This document shows positions 1-13,756 of a stretch of 64,000 nt of DNA, one piece after another. How positions within the stretch are numbered: position 1 is the first letter of the stretch; every line of letters begins with the position of its first letter. The notes beneath the pieces were generated by a model, which was not told the origin of the DNA, did not search any database, and saw nothing but the letters and a program-made list of their open reading frames with translations. Origin of the DNA: Eledone cirrhosa (Eukaryota); the NCBI GenBank assembly GCA_964016885.1, contig OZ024750.1, forward strand, positions 19,778,001 through 19,842,000, given 5' to 3'. The position numbers were made by a program, and so were the translations under genes.

Positions 1-52
1 TGGGTAATATGCTCTCTTCGGATCTAGTGCCGAAACGACTAGAGCTCAGCTT

Positions 53-133
<81 letters not shown>

Positions 134-899
134 TATATGTGTGTGTGTGTGCGTGTGTGTGTGTGTGTGTTTGTGTGTGTTTGTTTGCGTATGTGTGCGT
201 GTTTGTGTATAATATTTGCTTCTTTTCACCTCACTCAGGCATAATGTTGTATATATTTGTTCTTCGCCGTCCAATATTCAATTCTGGTAGCGTCGCATTT
301 AATTTCAATTACATTTTGCATTTAATCTTATCTCTTTGTATGCTTATTCAAAGCTACTAACTTATTATTCAGCCCTAAGAACCCTTTATTCAAATCTATA
401 TTGATTAGCTAATTAGAGAACAATTTATCACAAACATAAAGTGCGTTTTATATTATAATAATTCATGAGATATCTAATGTTATGCTTGTTTCACGCAACT
501 ACTCATAATATTATTTCCTTCCACAATCGGAACAGATCTTATCAGTTAGATTGCTACAAGCACATGATTAACGATGATAATATACAATGATCAAGTTAAG
601 CCTGCCATATATATTTTGTACTTTACATTTCTGTAGGACACTCTTCCTAAATACTGTTATTATGTTGAAATTAAAAGAATTTAATCCATTCGGTTTTGAT
701 GTTCTATGTATATATATAAAAACAAGAAACCTACTAAAATGATTAGCTTGTAAAATATTCACTAGAAGTCTCACGAAAATTGAATTAGATGATATGACAC
801 TTTGATGTATACATTTTAATTTTCAAATTGAAAAACAAGAAATTCACAAAATTAAAACGCAACTAGTATATCTCTTTTTCTAGCATTTTCACTTTTATT

Positions 900-1385
900 T
901 ATTTAGTTAGATTTTGTTCCTTTTGCAAGGATTCTATAGCAATCGGTTGCTAGGTTAATTGGCCACAGATCAGTACCCTAATAACAAGGGCTCAATTTAT
1001 CGCATAGGATTCTGGCAGAGCTAGAGATGGTAGAAATGTGGGCACTGCCAATGGAGTCGAGTATTCCAAGGCTTTTGATGAAAGACGTAAGAGGTTTAGG
1101 GAACGTATTTAGTACTCCATTGACAATTGCTACGCCTTCTGTCTCTAGAGCATGATCAGTTCTAGTAGCACCTACAAGATATGTATATTTATTAATCTCT
1201 TTCAGCCACATTGTGGTCTTGAGGGATCAAAATATCAATCAGTCCATTTGAGAGGGGGTGTACAACATCATCAGGGAGGTTTTGTTGAATATTGTTAGTG
1301 GTCTTGATCTCAATGTCCCAAATACCTCTACACTCTCTCCTGATAGGCAGGATTCAAGCGGAATTTGTTTGCACCACTGACATTT
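900..1385 (-). mobile_element. Decayed R4/Dong-like non-LTR retrotransposon 3' end (restriction-enzyme-like PD-(D/E)xK endonuclease)
   Basis: Minus-strand translation across frameshifts gives QWCKQIP..., IWDIEIKTTNNIQQNLPDDVV...LIDILIPQDHNV, then KEINKYTYL...VAIVNGVLNTFPKPL...LGI...ARIL (ORF 978-1211). This fits the WD-x-x-x-T...RPD...IDxxxP...KxxKYxxL...PIVxGxLG pattern of R4/Dong-type endonucleases. Confidence 0.8.
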
Positions 1386-1414
1386 CATTTCTATGTTGTA
1401 ATAATAATAATTTT

Positions 1415-2160
1415 AATGGTTTCTGATTTAGGCAGCAGCCCAACAATTATAGGGGAGCAGAAATTCGATTAAATCGACCCGGATTCGTACTTTATTTTAT
1501 CGGTCCCCGTAAAGATAAATGGCAAAACTGACCTCTGCGGTATTTGAACTCAGTAATATAATATTCTGGCTAAGGCAAAAGCGAATAATTTAGCGAAGGG
1601 AAAGTCAATGAAATCCACTCCAGTGTATTAATGTTGCATTATTTTAACAACCCAACTGGCTTTGTGCCTAAAATAGAAACAATTATTTTAACAACCCTGA
1701 GTTCAAATCCCGCCGAGGTTAACTTTGCCTTTTATCTTTACGGGATCGATAAAATAAAGTACCAGGCACGCACAGGGGTCCATTTAATCGATTTACCCCA
1801 CACCCAAAATTGCTGGCCTTGTGACAATATAAGAAACCATTATTTTACCAACCCCGGGCGGTGGATGGGCAGTATCGGTAGAAAGTCGGACGCCATGCTT
1901 TCCAGCATAGTTACGTCCCTTTACGATCTGAGTTCAAATCCCGCCGAGGTTGACTTTGCCTTTCATCCTTACGGGGTCGATAAAATAAAGTACCAGTAAT
2001 GAACTGGGTATTTGCTGGCCTTGTGCCTCAAGTAGAAACAATTATTTTACCAACCCCGTACGGATGAAAGGCAAAGCTAACTCCGACTGGACCTGAACTC
2101 AGAACATAAAAGCCGTAACTGTATGCGCCTATGTGCTTCGACCGAAACTCTATTTGCCCT
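1415..2160. mobile_element. Cluster of tRNA-derived SINE copies (family A) in both orientations
   Basis: Recurrent core GAGTTCAAATCCCGCCGAGGTTGACTTTGCCTTTCATCCTTACGGGGTCGATAAAATAAAGTACCAG on + at ~1700 and ~1930, and reverse-complement copies at ~1480-1555 and ~2045-2150. B-box-like GAGTTCAAATC is present. Confidence 0.85.
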
Positions 2161-5100
2161 TGAAAACAATATATAATAAAGAAAATCGCGGTTTCTGACG
2201 AAAAATAAATGTGTTTTTTACATTTAGTAGTACAACAATTTTAGTGTGTTACTATATATTCTAAATATGCTTTAAAATGTGAAGGCTTGTTTTCCAGTTG
2301 TTACGGCTTGCAGAGAGGATCAATTATAAACTCATGATTTCTATTAGAAACGTTGTCTTCTTGAACATGACGCTTCCTTTTACGTTGCTTTTCAGGATAG
2401 AAGTTTCGCGTACGTCCTTAAAACAACGGTGAAATCTCTTGTAATGTAGCCTCGTAGGAAGTCAGCTTATTTAGACGTGAGCTGTAAAATTTAAATTTCA
2501 CGAATGTTTCATATTCAACGTATTGCTTCAGGGAATTTTTATCAATTACAGTCTCTTTTTAATTTGAACACTCTACAATAATTATCTTTCTTAGTAATAG
2601 TTACTACAATTATGCATGTAAATTATTTGATAAGTGAGTGTTGAATAATCCACTCATGTCCTTTGAAATGAAAACCTTTGCCCATTAAGCAATACGGGAT
2701 TGGAGACTGACAACCAACAAAATTCAACTAAAATGAAATAAATAAAAAAAAAATAAAAAAAAATCAAAAAAAATCGAAATTTTGCAGCAGAACATCAACA
2801 ACATATTTTAATGATTCTACTTGATACAGTTTCTGAAAAGATATTCGAATGGCATCGTATTTTCCAACTTATAATCTGTTGCATTTTAATTATTCATACG
2901 TCCGATTTATCTCACGGGAATGTCGATAACATACGCTCTTATATTATTGTATCGGCTCCGACATTGTGAGATATAACGTCGATTCTGTCTGGATTTTAAA
3001 TCAATATGTATGCAGGAACTGAGATAAATGCTGTAACAAACTTGTTCATGACAGTTGGCATTCTCCGTAACTACTGAGAAAAAAAGAATAGATTAAACCT
3101 AGCCACACAGTGTAGAATATACAATTCTTGTTCGCGAACGAAATGCTTTCCAAATGCATTAGACAATACAACATAATTATATCTAAGATTTTGCTAATTC
3201 TATTTTGAAATATATTATATTATTTTTAGTATATTAGTATATTTAGTATATTTAGTATATTTAGATAGTGAATATAACATAACTAATTATGAATGTGTAA
3301 GCGGTAAAGCCAAAATTACATCAAACAGAATGCCCATGGATATTATCGGGGGATTGCGATTCTATATTAGATATTGCTGTTGGGAGCTGAAATGTGGGCT
3401 GCCATTCCATATGCAAGTGATGATAAGTTATACTAGCAAGAAACTAATCTTCAAAATAAATACAACACCAGGGGACTCGACGAAATATACAAGAAAGTTA
3501 CAACCGAAAATGCATTCAAACAAAATGCATATTAGCTTCGAAGGAAATCCCAGCGGTGTCGACCACGAATGTTGCAGTGGTTCGAGGAATAAAATAGCTT
3601 ATTTATATGATTAACGGGAAAGTGGCCGAGCATTCCACAGTATTGTGGCGTTTCAACGTAATCCTGCAGCAGATCCATACGTAGTGCATTATGCACTGTT
3701 CATTATGAAGTGCATACGGAGAAATATGTAGAGATAACTCGAGATGTGGAAATGGTAAAATGCCTTATATGACTATTACAGATTAACCCATGATCCTCAT
3801 GAAAACTGAAAGTAAACGGTATGGTGAGGAGCGATGGATGGATTATAAACAAATGTCTATGTACGTTATGTAGAGACTGTGTTTCTGTATTAGATATTGT
3901 GTTCGAAAATTAATATATGACCGATATTTCCATGTACATTCCAACATGCGGTCATGGACACTATGATTTTAGTGAAAAGAATATGGATAGCCTATAACAT
4001 GTTATTGATTTCAATAAAATATTTAGATTATTGAATAAAATATTTACTTTATTCAGGCATCACTATTTATGGTTAGTGAATACTATTAGAAATATAAACA
4101 TAAAGGATTTTTGGAAAGAAAAATATTGATAAATCATTTAAATCAACAGATTTACTTTATTAAATTCATGCCAAATGTTTGCTTATAGTTTTAATTGAAT
4201 AGAAACTGTCAATGCATTCACCAAAGATATCCAAACAAAAATGAAGTAATATAACAGAGAAAATATGTAAATAGAAACGGATGTAACAAAAGATGGCCGA
4301 CACTGTATCTTTCTCTGCTTTTGAGAACACAGCAAAATTACATCCTTTTACATTGGACATTCATTGTTTCATTGTCAGCATATCCAACAAAATATTTCCG
4401 CCCGCTATTTGTATCACAGTTTATTCTTGAATTTTATTGAATGAAAATGTTTGAACATTTAAGGAAATTTATTGTTTTTTTAAAAATGTATTTAAATAAT
4501 ATTCTGTGCATAGAAAATATTGTAGTAATTAAAAACCTAAGCTGAAATATGACTACTATAATTGATTTCTATTTCTAAATGTTCTAACTGCAATAATATG
4601 AAAATAGCAATAGAAAAACAAGAGCCAGAACATGAATAAGAATAAAACTAACAAACAACAGGAAAGTAATACTAAAATATAAAGCGTATGAATGTTATGT
4701 ATCAATAACATCTTTCACTTGGCGTCCATACATAACTTGTTTGTTCTTTGTTCAAAAGTGAAACATAACAGAATTTGTGCAATTATATCTTATCCGATGT
4801 TATTGACAAATTTAAAGAAAAGGTTAGTTATATAGAATTTCTATTTGGAATATTATCATCAATTCACCAATGATTAATGAAAAACAAACACATTGTCATC
4901 TTATATTAAAGTTCTATAGATATGTTTTTTATGTTTAATGTTTTTCCTCGCTCTTTCCTGCAAAAAAAATAAAAATAAATATTGAAAAGGTATTTAATAA
5001 TGAATATTTATTGCAATTCTCACATTTTCTGTCATTTCGCCAAATTCCTTAAAATTTCTCTTCATAATTGAAATCACCGTTTCCAGTGTTGACATTTTCC

Positions 5101-5789
5101 ATAATATATTTTTATGATTCCATCAAGACGTGAGTTAATTATGAGATCAGTTACTCTGCATCTTGTATACACGTGTTTTATCATAGCAGACACTAACTTT
5201 TTTCATTCCGGTTTAACCATAATTTAATTGTTTGTCTACATAAAACCCACATCTATTGGAGTTTTCAATCAGGTAATATTTACTTATTTTAAATTCTATG
5301 TTAATGTAAAAATACATATTAATGTGTGAACGTAAGTATATAAATACACACAACACACACACACACACACAGACACATAACCCCCCCCCCCCCCCCACAC
5401 ACACACAAACATACACACGCACGCACACACATATATATATATTTATTTATTAAAATAACAGATTAAATTTTAAGCAAAGAACCGACGCTTTCACCCTTAA
5501 CTGGATCTTCTGAAACTATTTTAATACATATTTGCTCTATGGTTTTATTTATTTTTTATATATATATTATCCGTATCGACCCCCCCCTCCCTTGTGCTTT
5601 TATCTTCACATTTATTATTATTACCATATATATATATAATTAAACACATTTCGGTTACGACTGACCATGGGATTTTCACCAACATATCCCTCGCTGATGA
5701 ATTAACACACGAGTCAACGATGGATCCCTTTCTGGTCAAAGAAATGGCAGCGTCGGACACAGCTTGTTATCGGTTATATCACAACTCAT

Positions 5790-5925
5790 TTTCTAGCTGA
5801 GTGAACTGGATCAACGTGTGTTTTGCTTAAGGACACAACACAACACAACACCCGACCCAAGAATCGATCGTACAACCTCACGTTTTTGCACCCAATTTTC
5901 TAACCAGCAAGTCAAGCCATTTCAC
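5790..5925 (-). mobile_element. CORE-type tRNA SINE fragment (family B)
   Basis: TTGCTTAAGGACACAAC core and a decayed tRNA head; paralogous to 16702-16961. Confidence 0.6.
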
Positions 5926-5936
5926 AGGCAAACACG

Positions 5937-5969
<33 letters not shown>

Positions 5970-6089
5970 GTATTGTGGCGTGCGCGTACGTGTGTAATTA
6001 CACGGCCTTGCATATTAAGAGTACCAAAGACGTAGGTAAACAAGGAACAGCAAAATATATGTTATATGTTCACCTTTGTTCATATTCTA

Positions 6090-6125
<36 letters not shown>

Positions 6126-6295
6126 GAAAACACAGGTAAGCATTAAGAAAAGGACTTTATCCAGGTATTTACGACCGTTTCATTTACATCATCTAGCTGT
6201 TCCCTTGAATGGAATTGGAGATATACAAAAGCGTGGAGAACTTAATATTGCTAACATAAATTTTTGGACTGTTTTAGACAACCAATAATACACCT

Positions 6296-6394
<99 letters not shown>

Positions 6395-6575
6395 GTGTGC
6401 GAGTCAGATACGCGTGTGTCTATGAAGTTTCATTTTAAACAATGCACTGTTTACTTGTGATATACTTTGAATGCCCATTTCGTCATTCGTTCTTATATGG
6501 TATCGTATGTACATACAAGTTAATGTAAACTTGCACATGTACACATAATTTCTCTCTCTCTCTCTCTGTATATAT

Positions 6576-7730
6576 ATCATCATCATCATCATCAGGTTTA
6601 GCGTCCGTGTTCCACGCTTGCATGGGTTTGGACGGGGGTTTTCCCACTTGAGGCAAGAGTGGTTGTCTTGCTCGCATAGGACTGTCTGGCGGGTTTTCTA
6701 CAGTTGGATGCCCTTCCTAACACCAACCACATTTACAGTGTGGGGCTGGGAGGTTTTTACCGTGTTGCCTACACGGCCACATTACAGCGTGGACTGTCTG
6801 GCGGGTTTTCTACAGCTGGATGCCCTTCCTAACACCAACCACATTTACAGTGTGGGGCTGGGAGGTTTTTACCGTGTTGCCTACACGGCCACATTTACAG
6901 CGTGGACTGTGTGTTTTTTGTCGTGACACCTACACGACCTCATTTGTTTCGGCCTGGATGTTGTGGGACCAACATAACTTTACATTGAAAGGGGCGGTGT
7001 GGGTGGGGTGGAGGTGGTAGGTCGGGGTGTGTTTTGATAGAGATGCCTACTGACTGTAGTAGGTTTTTACTTTGTATTTAGGTAAGGCGGGTCTTCTCTA
7101 TTACTGAGTACCGCCAAAGGTCTCGGTCCAGTGACATTGTCTTGGAGAGGTGTAAGCGTGTGAGGTCGGAATTTATCAGCTCGTCCCATGTTTTCTGGGT
7201 CTGCCTACTCCGTGGCTACCGTCTATCTTTATTGCCCTGCACTTTGTTATACAGCTGTCGTCTTTCATGCGCATCACGTGACCGTACCAACGTAGCCTTC
7301 TCTCGAGTAAACAACATCTGATCCCTCTTATTTCTAATTTTTTCCTTAGTTCGTTTATGCTTTGCCGTTCACGTATATTACTATTGCACATCCAGCGGAG
7401 CATGCAAGCTTCGTTCCTATCTAGTCTGCGTATATCCTCTGCACACAATGCCCAGGTCTCACTGCCATGCAGCATTGCTGTTCGTATGCAGGCATCGTAT
7501 AAACTGCCTTTCATTTTTAGGGAGAACCCTCTAGCGGCTAATAGTGGTATAAGCTCTCTGAACTTATTCCATCCAGTTCTGACTCTAGCTACTGTACTTT
7601 CAGAGCACCCTCCCCCACTGCTGATTTTGTCACCCAGATAACGGAAGCTGTCCAGTATTTCTATAGAACCCTCTGCGCAGTTGAAGGAGCTAGTATTTTG
7701 TGGGCACTTGCTGCTACTTATTGCACCAGA
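6576..7730 (-). mobile_element. 5'-truncated RTE-clade LINE (RT C-terminal region, 3' UTR, (GAT)n tail)
   Basis: Open frame 7730->~7192: IEILDSFRYLGDKISSGGGCSESTVARVRTGWNKFREL...KGSLYDACIRTAMLHGSETW...RRLRWYGHVMRM...GRPRK. One frameshift then gives TWDELINSDL...DRDLWRYSVIEKTRLT* (stop ~7078). (GAT)n tail at 6576-6593; both ends abut (TA)n. Confidence 0.92.
6679..6910 (+). repeat. 112-bp tandem duplication within the RTE 3' UTR
   Basis: GGACTGT starts at 6679, 6791 and (partial copy) 6904; the two full units are near-identical. Confidence 0.9.
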
Positions 7731-8781
7731 TATATATATATATATATATACAGTCTATGTGTGTGTCTGTATATTCCAATGCGTACTACAAGAAATTAAA
7801 TGACAGCGCGACTAATTAAAAGCCAATTAGCAAGAGTAATATTTGATGTGGTGAATACTCAAATTGGAGATGTGGGGGAGATTTGAAATAAGATGAGACT
7901 ATGCTGGGAAAAGTAAAGATACTAAATTGCGACCGGGAAATAAATCTATTCTTACATGACGGTTATCTGTTCATCGGCAATCAATCTCATTAAAAAGTAA
8001 TCACATCATAACCATTAAGTATTGTTGAAGCTGCACAAGTGGATGAGGTGATAACACATCCTATGTCAAATCTGTTTGAAAACAGGCACGCAGCCAAGAT
8101 GTCAGAAATAACAAAACGTAGCGGTGAAAGCAAATTGATTTATGAAGCTCATATTATTAGTAATTATTCACTTGATCTTGAAAACATTATTGCATATCAC
8201 GTTTTGTAAATCTTTTAATTGATAACTTGTCGTCTTCTCGGCTACATCATATCTATATCAAAAACGTGAATCAATGTGCGCCCAACCAACAAACAAGTTT
8301 ATACATAACGAGAATACGAAGGTCGTTGTTGCGTGGAAAACGTTTTCTATGTTAAAAACTGAAATATAGCAGAATGTATATTTTTGTAATACTATCCGAT
8401 GACATTGAAGAAAATAAATTACATAGATTTCAATGCACCCGACCTGCCTCTTGAGACGAACGAGACAGGCAAATCGCTCCAATCAGCAAAGTCAGTTCCA
8501 TCTATCAATATATTTTTCTACATTTTGTTGACAGGTTTCAGGTCTCTGTCGACTGTCTGCGGGCAGTTCATCTTTGGATGTCGTCTTCCCCTCTTTCTCT
8601 GGTGGTACTAATACAGGAACTGATCAGCATGTCTCTCACATGGGAGTCATGTGACGTGCGTCAACCAGCCAAGTCGATGCTTGGACATGATATTAGACAC
8701 GCGTTTAAATTAATCTTATGGAATTTTCTTCGGAATATTTTAATCAAATTCTCAAAGGTGATAGTAGCTGTTTATATATAT

Positions 8782-8824
8782 ACTTTCTGATGAGATACAA
8801 CTTGGTTTGAAAATCGATGAAAGT
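8782..8824 (+). ncRNA. Degenerate minimal hammerhead-like motif
   Basis: ACTTT-CTGATGA-GATACAACTTGGTTT-GAAA-ATCGA-TG-AAAGT. Stem I is perfect, but stem II is weak and the cleavage position is G, so probably inactive. Confidence 0.4.
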
Positions 8825-9040
8825 TATTTAACATTTCTCAATTTAGAAAGCAAAGCGTATGTATCATATTCACGTGTTGATATACTGATTGTCTGTAAAC
8901 TTATACACACATATCTGCAATCTACGGTACATCTATATTGTATATAACATTTATTATATTATCATATAGATCAGTTACCTATAGTGCAAATTAATCTATA
9001 TCTTAGTGAAATACCAACATGAGAGCTAATGATATACAAA

Positions 9041-9218
9041 TTAGTCCGTTCATTTAAGGATATGATAGAAGGGATAGAGTATTTATACACCTTCGATTAC
9101 ATGTCTCTTTTGATCAACAGGGTAAATCGGCATGTCGCCTATGTTTATAAAATAAATGAGTAAATTCAACATACATATTTATCTGTAGACCTATATTTAC
9201 ATATACACATATCTCTAC

Positions 9219-9261
<43 letters not shown>

Positions 9262-9353
9262 TGCCGATTTACCCTGTTGTTCAAATGGGACATTTAATCT
9301 AAGGTGTATAAATACTCTATCCCTTTTATTATATCCTTAAATAAACGGACTAA
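9041..9353. repeat. ~95-bp inverted duplication (9041-9135 / 9259-9353) around a (TA)n tract
   Basis: TTAGTCCGTT...GGGTAAATCGGCATGT versus ACATGCCGATTTACCC...AACGGACTAA; imperfect reverse complements. Confidence 0.9.
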
Positions 9354-9399
9354 TATTAATAATATTAATAAATGGAAATTATCTTTATAAAACCATATT

Positions 9400-9461
9400 T
9401 ATTTTATTATATATATTTCAAGGGTACCAACATGTTTGGTACGCACTCATCAGATAAAATA
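9400..9461 (-). ncRNA. Type I hammerhead ribozyme (TATTTTAT stem-I family)
   Basis: Minus strand: TATTTTAT-CTGATGA-GTGCGTACCAA-ACATG-TTGGTACCCTT-GAAA-TATATA-TA-ATAAAATA. Confidence 0.85.
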
Positions 9462-9622
9462 CAAAAAAGTTGTTTTACAGATAGTGACATATCCAAAAAA
9501 TGAACTTAAAACGTTAATTTATTAATATTATTGATATTATACTCCAGAGGATAATGTAGAGTGCTTCTAATCTGTTATAAATAAATTTGTTGAATAACCA
9601 ACAAATTAAATAACTCTTTGCT

Positions 9623-9658
<36 letters not shown>

Positions 9659-10064
9659 ATATAGAAAAGGCTTTTACAGGACTAAAACTGTTACATTCGG
9701 CAGAAAGAGTTTGTGTGTGTGTATACCCCCTTACACACACATAGCCATGTGTATATAAATATGTATATATGTATGATAATATATATATATATGATAATAA
9801 TAATTATTATTTCTACTTTTGGCACAAGGGCAGCAATTATATCAGTGCATTACTGGTACTTTATATTATCGACGCCGTAATGCTAACAATAATATATGAT
9901 AATAATAATATGATAATAATAATAATAATAATAATAATAATATATATATATATATAAATGAGAGGTATAGAGATTGTTTTAGCGAGAAGCTAACAGCATT
10001 CTATAACATATATGCGACTATAACGTCAAGATATATATTTGTGTGTGTAGATACACACACACAC

Positions 10065-10130
<66 letters not shown>

Positions 10131-10137
10131 CATATTC

Positions 10138-10204
<67 letters not shown>

Positions 10205-11505
10205 TCTCTCTCTATATATATATATTTATATATATATATATATATATATACATTTATACATACTCACATAGTTTAAAATAGTGTATAAGCAATGAGTAAA
10301 ATATTATTGACGATAAAGCTCATTGCAATTTTCTTTTACATATACACATTTCAAGTATATCAAGTATATCATGCACGAGGGTGATATTTACACGTTTTCT
10401 ATTTCAGTCTATATTTATGAATCCAGATATTTCTATAGCTTGCTAATATAATCTGATTATTATATTTAAAATAAATCTTGGCAACAAATAGAATATTATA
10501 CAGCGATTAATTGTTCATTAATTTAGAACTGTAATTTAGGCTGCTTCAAAATGGAATTGAATTTCCTCTGTTTTTATCAACCCATCATACCTCATAGCCA
10601 AACATCTAAATTTAAACTTAATTCCAATTAATATTTAGATTGTTTCTTCTAATCTAGAAATACCATTTTTACACTGGATATATTAGTTTCTAATGGGTGT
10701 AATGGAGATCACTATGAGTGTTTATCTATGAATCTATGACTACATATAATAATTATTTATAACTTAGGCACAATGCAGACGCTTTGGAGAAAATGGGAAA
10801 GTCGATTATACTAACATCAGTATTTATTAGTACTTTATTTTACCCAGCACGGTAAAATGAAAGCCAAACTGAACTCGGCTAATTTTGAAAGCAGCATGTT
10901 TTTATGGGATATACTATGTTACGTAACGGATTTCAATACTGTACTGGTACATTATTTTAAATGATTTCCGAAGGGAGAAAGTCAAGGATAACATTAGTAG
11001 GATTTGAATTAGAACGGCAAACATTTTAGAGAGAGGTGAATTAGTTTATATCGAGCCCGGTATTGCACAAGTACTTGTTTAATATACAGCGGAGAGATAT
11101 ATGGAATCTCGACCTCGTAAAACATTCTACAATTAATTCCATCCAATGCACTAAAGTGTCTGCTACTTCAACACAATTTATCCACCTAAATTTATAAATA
11201 ATAAATCAGATGTAAAGCAAATTCATGTAATCTTAGTGCAAACGCCTGTGCAAAATTATCTTATAGCCAATACAAATATAAGCATCATAAAATGGAAATG
11301 CCGTTTGTCAAACGATATTAACGAGTATATTTAAACTCCATATATTAAACTCTATGATATGCTACACATACGTACATACATGTATATATACAGACACTCA
11401 CACATATAAATATTTATATGGATGTATGTATGCATATACATATATGTGTACATTTATATATATATATATATATATATATAGTTTTATAAATATATATATA
11501 TACAT

Positions 11506-11562
<57 letters not shown>

Positions 11563-11912
11563 CGCACACCCACACACATATATATATATATAAGTAGCTT
11601 CCTTATTCAATCATCTTACCAGAAACCTGACATTATTTATGTAAGCAGACGGTACTTGATTTAGGAGCCGCAGAAACCCAAATACTGGATTTTACCAACC
11701 TTCCAGGGGTCCGGGTAAATTTTTCAATACCGAATTACTTGATCGTTTTTTTTGGCTATGCGAATGATTGTTTAACCATCATCTTTGTGTGTTTGGCCTT
11801 TAACGTTTGTTATAGCTGTGGTTCATCTGAATCACTGTGGACTTGCCACACATCTCGGAGGTTGTTTTTCGTTATTTCGTGGGCCGAAATGCGAATCTCG
11901 ATGATTTATGTT

Positions 11913-12178
<266 letters not shown>

Positions 12179-12206
12179 TATATTCATACATACATACACA
12201 CACACA

Positions 12207-12258
<52 letters not shown>

Positions 12259-12261
12259 CAT

Positions 12262-12320
<59 letters not shown>

Positions 12321-12346
12321 GTATAAAAATCAATACAATATAATTC

Positions 12347-12416
12347 CCTCATTACCAGAGGTTTCCCGAATGAGGCGAATACGAAAGAAACATCTTCATT
12401 CGATCGTCAGACGAGG
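12347..12416 (-). ncRNA. Type I hammerhead ribozyme in an inverted-repeat island (12318-12572)
   Basis: Minus strand: CCTCGT-CTGACGA-TCGAATGA...TCATTCGG-GAAA-CCTCTGG-TA-ATGAGG, with 6-bp stem I, 8-bp stem II and a GUA site. The inverted copy at 12488-12572 lacks the CUGACGA half. Confidence 0.9.
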
Positions 12417-12825
12417 CAATATAAAACATGGCTAAATACTTGGAAAGTCTCATCAAGAAAAGCAAAAAAAAAATATAAATATAGACACGAATGAAGACGT
12501 TTCTTTCGTATTCGCCTCATTCGAGAAACCTCTGGTAATGAGGTAATTATATTGTATTGTTTTTTATACATTAAATTTTGCTCTGGTACTTACATAGAGC
12601 ACTCTTCACTTCTATGACCTTTTCTGTTTTCAACGGAAATTTCAATACATATATATATATATACATATATAATAGTAGTAGTAATAAATTCCAATATCAA
12701 TATCCAGGTTTAAATTTTAAGCAAACAGTTCCGGCTTCCAGAAGATCCAGCTTTAGGGTGAAGCCAAAATTTGTTTACCTAAATTTCTAATCTGGATTTT
12801 GACATTTGTATTTGTTACTAATGTG

Positions 12826-12880
<55 letters not shown>

Positions 12881-12903
12881 TACACACACACACGCACACA
12901 CAC

Positions 12904-12956
<53 letters not shown>

Positions 12957-12970
12957 TATATATATATATT

Positions 12971-13002
<32 letters not shown>

Positions 13003-13040
13003 TATATATATATATGTATATATATATATTTATATATATA

Positions 13041-13124
<84 letters not shown>

Positions 13125-13631
13125 GAATGAAACGAAATTTCATTTATCACTCTTAGACGGCACTTACTTACATGTAAGTATGTATGTATGTATACGTACA
13201 TACATATATGTATACATACGTACAGTAGTATGTATATATATGCACACATGCACATATATATATATGCGCGTATCGGGTTACCGAGCATTTATTATAATGC
13301 TCGGTTTATTTGTTTGTATACAAACAAACAAAAAAAAGGTGACGTGGTTGCCTAAACACTGTACGGCGTAATTCGGGCTGTTTGTTTGTTTACAAACAAA
13401 CAAACCGAGCATTATAATAAATGTTCGGTAAACCGATACCTGCTTATATTTATGTGTCATGTGTGTATATATATATACATACTACTGTACGTCTGTATAC
13501 ATATATGTATGTACGTATACATACATACTTACATTTAAGTAAGTTCCGTACTAAGAGTGAGAAATGAAATTTCGTTTCATTCTATTCCATTTATCGTTTT
13601 CGGTGTGCCCGGCCGACTGAACTCACTCGAT

Positions 13632-13679
13632 ATGCAAATTAGGCTGCTCAGCTGTTAATATGCATAAGGAAAGTATATA
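13632..13679 (+). promoter_or_regulatory. Putative internal promoter: octamer ATGCAAAT plus AAAGTATATA TATA-like box upstream of the HHR
   Basis: Octamer 13632-13639 and AAAGTATATA 13670-13679. The same order and spacing occur on the minus strand at 19399-19351. Confidence 0.45.
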
Positions 13680-13713
13680 CTTTCAGACGTTCAACCATCT
13701 GACAGGAAGGTAT

Positions 13714-13756
13714 ACGATGCTGACGATAGCTAACAATCTTGAAACTAGTACATCGT
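13714..13756 (+). ncRNA. Minimal type I hammerhead ribozyme
   Basis: ACGATG-CTGACGA-TAGCTAACAATCTT-GAAA-CTAG-TA-CATCGT; palindromic stem III ACUAGU; stem II weak. Confidence 0.75.

Noticed and set aside
11-46. GCTC...CC-GAAA-CGAC-TA-GAGC hammerhead-like 3' half
   Set aside because: No CUGANGA core, and it is at the window edge.
1631-1999. 122-aa ORF with an internal repeat
   Set aside because: It is a read-through of tandem SINE copies.
5694-5760. CTGATGA...GAAATGGCAGCGTC
   Set aside because: No convincing stem I or stem II.
6165-6200. GAAACGGTC on the minus strand in a TA-flanked island
   Set aside because: Only a 3' half; no core found.
6576-7730. Treating TA-flanking as proof of PLE target specificity
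   Set aside because: The RTE fragment also sits in (TA)n, so TA association alone is not diagnostic and needs genome-wide statistics.
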